A stretch of 43,675 nucleotides of DNA from a virus, in the IMG/VR virus record IMGVR_UViG_3300025117_000012, positions 1 to 43,675 of that record; one strand, 5' to 3'. The translations under genes and the position numbers were made by a program. Shown here piece after piece: positions 40,830 to 43,675 of this stretch. The first letter of the stretch is position 1. Each line of letters starts with the position of its first letter. Below the pieces are notes generated by a model. That model was not told the DNA's origin and ran no database searches. It worked only from the letters and a program-made list of their open reading frames with translations.

Positions 40830-41420
40830 ATGAAGAAATGGAAGAAAATGTCAGATGAGCAAAAGAAAAAGATAGGCAATGCCCACAGAGGGAAAATTGT
40901 GTCTGAAGAAGCTAGGAGGAATATGAGTATAGCTCATTTGGGTCAGAGGAAGGGGACACAGTTATCAGAAGAAACGAAGCGGAAGATTGGTCTTAAAAGC
41001 ATTGGTAGAAATCTGGGTAGGAAGCATTTAAATAGGAAGAACAAACCATTCACACAAGCTCGTAAGGAACTGATAAGTCAAATTGCAAAAGAAAGAGGAT
41101 TTGGTAAATGGAATAAGGGACGCACAGGTGAGAAGAGTCCTTCTTGGAGAGGAGGATTAACTTCTATCAATAGCCGTATTCGTGATTCCAGTGAATACAA
41201 GTTATGGAGGAAGTCAGTTTTTGAGAGGGATAATTACATTTGTATTTGGTGCGGGGCAAGAAATGGCGAAGGAAAGACCGTAAAGTTTCACGCAGACCAC
41301 ATAAAACCATTTGCTCTGTATCCCGAACTTCGTTTTGCGATTGATAATGGGAGGACATTGTGTGTTTCTTGTCATAGAAAGACAGATTCTTATGGGGTAA
41401 GAGCACGGAGAGAACTTTGA
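40830..41420 (+). CDS. HNH homing endonuclease with NUMOD3-like repeats, between terminase and portal
   Basis: 196 aa. EEARRNMSIAHLGQRKG and SEETKRKIGLKSIG repeats. HNH core CIWCG...FHADHIKPF...NGRTLCVSCHRK. Same architecture as the 2566..3087 protein. Confidence 0.85.
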   Translation: MKKWKKMSDEQKKKIGNAHRGKIVSEEARRNMSIAHLGQRKGTQLSEETKRKIGLKSIGRNLGRKHLNRKNKPFTQARKELISQIAKERGFGKWNKGRTGEKSPSWRGGLTSINSRIRDSSEYKLWRKSVFERDNYICIWCGARNGEGKTVKFHADHIKPFALYPELRFAIDNGRTLCVSCHRKTDSYGVRARREL

Positions 41421-41486
41421 TTTGATGAAATTACTTGCATTTCTTTTTAATTAGGTAGATACTTACACAAAACAGACGAGTTTTTA

Positions 41487-43586
41487 GTGGCAATTCCCGC
41501 AAAAATCTTAAAACGCAGAGATTATCTGCTTGAAAGAGCGGAAAAGATGCTGAAAGCGCGAGAACCATACGCGCGTTTTTGGCCTATCGCCGAACAAATC
41601 TACAAGATGGTCTCGGAAAAGAAGAAAGGCGAAGATGAATGGCGCTCCACGCTTCCCGATACATGGGCTTTTGCGACCATAAAGACGGCGCAGTCCGCTT
41701 TTGTGGATGGCAAAGTCATTCCGACCATTATCCGCCATAAGGATGACCCGTCATCCAAAGCCGAAGACCTCCGCGATTTGTATTCGGATATAAGCGAGAA
41801 AGGCAATCTTGATTTGGAACTTTATTTTGCCCGCTTGGACGCATTTAAGCTCGGGAACGGATTTCTCAAAACTATTTATTGCAAGAAGCCGCGCACGATT
41901 TGGGAGATTGAAAAATACAATCCTAAAGACGATTCGTTCAAATGGAATAAAAAGACCGTCAATGAGTTTGATGACCCCAAAACATTCCGTGTGTCGCCGT
42001 ATCTTATCTTAGTGGACGACCTCGCGAGATTTAACGATTACCGCGATTTGATTGAGATAGAAGTAATGGGACGCGATGAGGCGGAAGAAGTATATGGCAA
42101 TCTTGTGAACTTTAAGGAAATCGAAGAAACAACCGGCCTGCTTTCAAAAGTGAAAGCGCAGGCGACTACGCAAATAGCGGAGACAGACGGCAAGGGATTG
42201 CGAGGGACAGAATTTGAAGGAGCGAGCCAATATCATTTCTTCGCTCCTGGATTTGAGTGGAGTGATGAGTATGTTGAAATTTTGCACTATTGGAATCACG
42301 GAATGATGTCTCCAAGCGGCGCGTTAGATTCATACGAGATTCTGATTAACGGTTATCCCGCGCGAGTGGATACGAAAGCAGATTCTAAACCGATTCCTTA
42401 CATTCATAAGCGGATTCCATTTACGCATATTCCGTATTCTCCGTATTCAAAAGATGAGTTCTATGCGGCGGGCATCATTGAAATCGGACTCTCGGAAACG
42501 GAAGCGTTGAAGAAGTTCAGAGAAATGATGTCGGATAGGCAGAAAATATCACTATTTTCTCCCGCATTCTCGGATGTGAACGATGAGATAGACCAGAAAC
42601 AACTCGCGCTCAAACCTCTTTCCATTATCCGCACCAAAGGCGGCGTGCCAAAGCAATTTAATATCCCGGGAATTACTAACAGCGACCTCGCCATTCAGGA
42701 CAGGCATGAAATGGCGTACAAGCGCGCGGTGGGCGTGGATGAACGCATACTGGGAATAGAATCCAGCGGACAGACGCTTACTGCCACCGAGGTATCGTTT
42801 ATCCGAGAAGCGGCATTGAAGCGGCTTCGTGAGTTTTCATTCTTGTATCGTAACGCGCTTCTGCACGGTGAAATCAAGTTGAAGTTCTCGTTATGTAAGC
42901 AATACTTTTCTTCTCCGCTTTCGCGCGAGAGCAAAGTCAAAGGGGATAAGGGAACTCGTATTCTCAAAGCCCGCTTCAAAGAGTTCAAAGTTCGCACGGG
43001 AAATACTTATATCAAGAAAACGGTATCGCCCAATTTCTTTGAGAGCGAAGTGGATATGGATTTGGATTTACAGCTTCTTATGCCGATGACACAGGCGCAA
43101 CTGGTTACGCTGTGGAGCCAGATCCTTCGTGATTCCGTGCCGTTTGTGCAGGCGGGGATTATAGATATTTCGTTGAAGAAAGTGTATGAAAAGTATGTTG
43201 AAGCGCTCGGTTCAAACATTGCCGACCTTCAAGAAAACCGCCTCTCATCGTCAATCCGAATGGCAGAAAGCGAACATCAGTTGTTTGCAAACAAGGAGAC
43301 TGCGAAGATTATGGTTGAGACGCTTCCCGAAGGCACGCCTATTGAGTTTCTGAACGAGGAACATATCTTGAAGCACAACGAGCTTTTGGACGGTGATGTG
43401 GAGATTGAAGACGCAGAACGAGTTTTGCTTTTGGAACATTTGAAATTGGATATGCAACATTTGAAATCATTGCAGATGCAGGAGAAAAAGACGGCTCCCG
43501 TTGAACCGTCAGCCGTTTCGCAAGTAGGAGGGTTGCAACCAAGACAATCTTCCACTACAATTAACCAAACAACGCCTCAACTATGA
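41487..43586 (+). CDS. putative portal protein
   Basis: 699 aa with a GTG start. It is the first large ORF after the terminase. The call rests on size and position only. Confidence 0.6.
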   Translation: MAIPAKILKRRDYLLERAEKMLKAREPYARFWPIAEQIYKMVSEKKKGEDEWRSTLPDTWAFATIKTAQSAFVDGKVIPTIIRHKDDPSSKAEDLRDLYSDISEKGNLDLELYFARLDAFKLGNGFLKTIYCKKPRTIWEIEKYNPKDDSFKWNKKTVNEFDDPKTFRVSPYLILVDDLARFNDYRDLIEIEVMGRDEAEEVYGNLVNFKEIEETTGLLSKVKAQATTQIAETDGKGLRGTEFEGASQYHFFAPGFEWSDEYVEILHYWNHGMMSPSGALDSYEILINGYPARVDTKADSKPIPYIHKRIPFTHIPYSPYSKDEFYAAGIIEIGLSETEALKKFREMMSDRQKISLFSPAFSDVNDEIDQKQLALKPLSIIRTKGGVPKQFNIPGITNSDLAIQDRHEMAYKRAVGVDERILGIESSGQTLTATEVSFIREAALKRLREFSFLYRNALLHGEIKLKFSLCKQYFSSPLSRESKVKGDKGTRILKARFKEFKVRTGNTYIKKTVSPNFFESEVDMDLDLQLLMPMTQAQLVTLWSQILRDSVPFVQAGIIDISLKKVYEKYVEALGSNIADLQENRLSSSIRMAESEHQLFANKETAKIMVETLPEGTPIEFLNEEHILKHNELLDGDVEIEDAERVLLLEHLKLDMQHLKSLQMQEKKTAPVEPSAVSQVGGLQPRQSSTTINQTTPQL

Positions 43587-43675
43587 ACGAGACGAGACAA
43601 CAAAAACGCCATCCGCAAAAAGAGGAATATCATTTTGCCACTCCGCTTTCGGAGTTATTGGAGCAAGTGATACGA
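43549..43675. repeat. Terminal direct repeat copy B (identical to 1..127)
   Basis: See copy A. Positions 43583..43675 duplicate the 5' part of the ORF at 35..319. Confidence 0.95.

Noticed and set aside
1-43675. Genome-wide TGA reassignment (code 4 or 25) as the explanation for the in-frame TGA at 33421
   Set aside because: Many genes end at TGA exactly where the next gene starts, with ATGA overlaps. Examples are portal to the ORF at 35, the fibre gene to 19651, and 20283 to 20429. Standard-code ORFs already tile the genome densely.
1-43675. Temperate lifestyle or prophage features (integrase, attP, CI-like repressor)
   Set aside because: No ORF shows tyrosine or serine recombinase motifs or a repressor/Cro pair. 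Absence cannot be proven by eye, so lifestyle stays unassigned.

Overview
The window is a complete dsDNA tailed-phage genome. Bases 1-127 are identical to 43549-43675, so the unique length is 43,548 bp and the contig closes into a circle. The portal ORF runs into the end copy, and the next gene (ATG at 35) overlaps its stop. Coding density is high and the standard genetic code fits.

There are four transcription blocks:
- Plus-strand packaging, structural and lysis genes, 38237 -> junction -> 24609: HTH protein (small-terminase candidate), large terminase, portal, scaffold-like protein, capsid, fibre-like proteins, two very large helical proteins, holin-like protein and a two-domain endolysin.
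- Minus-strand block, 24688..29694: a hexapeptide-repeat protein, a C5-methyltransferase-like ORF, an SSB-like protein and a PD-(D/E)XK exonuclease.
- Plus-strand replication block, 29784..35790: RecA-like ATPase, lambda-O-like initiator with internal iterons, primase-polymerase/helicase fusion, N4/N6 methyltransferase and a VRR-NUC nuclease.
- Short minus-strand block, 35868..37830: a secreted protein, small proteins and an ArdC-N-like ssDNA-binding protein.

I found no DNA polymerase, integrase, repressor, tRNA or CRISPR array.

The points most worth a second look are:
- Five clear HNH genes plus one HNH-like ORF. One cassette sits between capsid genes and is flanked by a 15-bp duplication that rebuilds the upstream gene's C-terminus.
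- A lambda-type origin inside the initiator gene, with a further half-site palindrome in the main divergent control region.
- A 26-unit, near-perfect hexapeptide (18-bp) repeat gene.
- A self-contained promoter-to-terminator cassette carrying a GC-rich structured non-coding stretch.
- A small ORF interrupted by an in-frame TGA.
- A promoter-then-terminator leader in front of the capsid operon.
- Sec-type signal peptides or membrane anchors on several fibre-like late proteins.

All family assignments rest on motifs read by eye and on gene order. No database search was possible.
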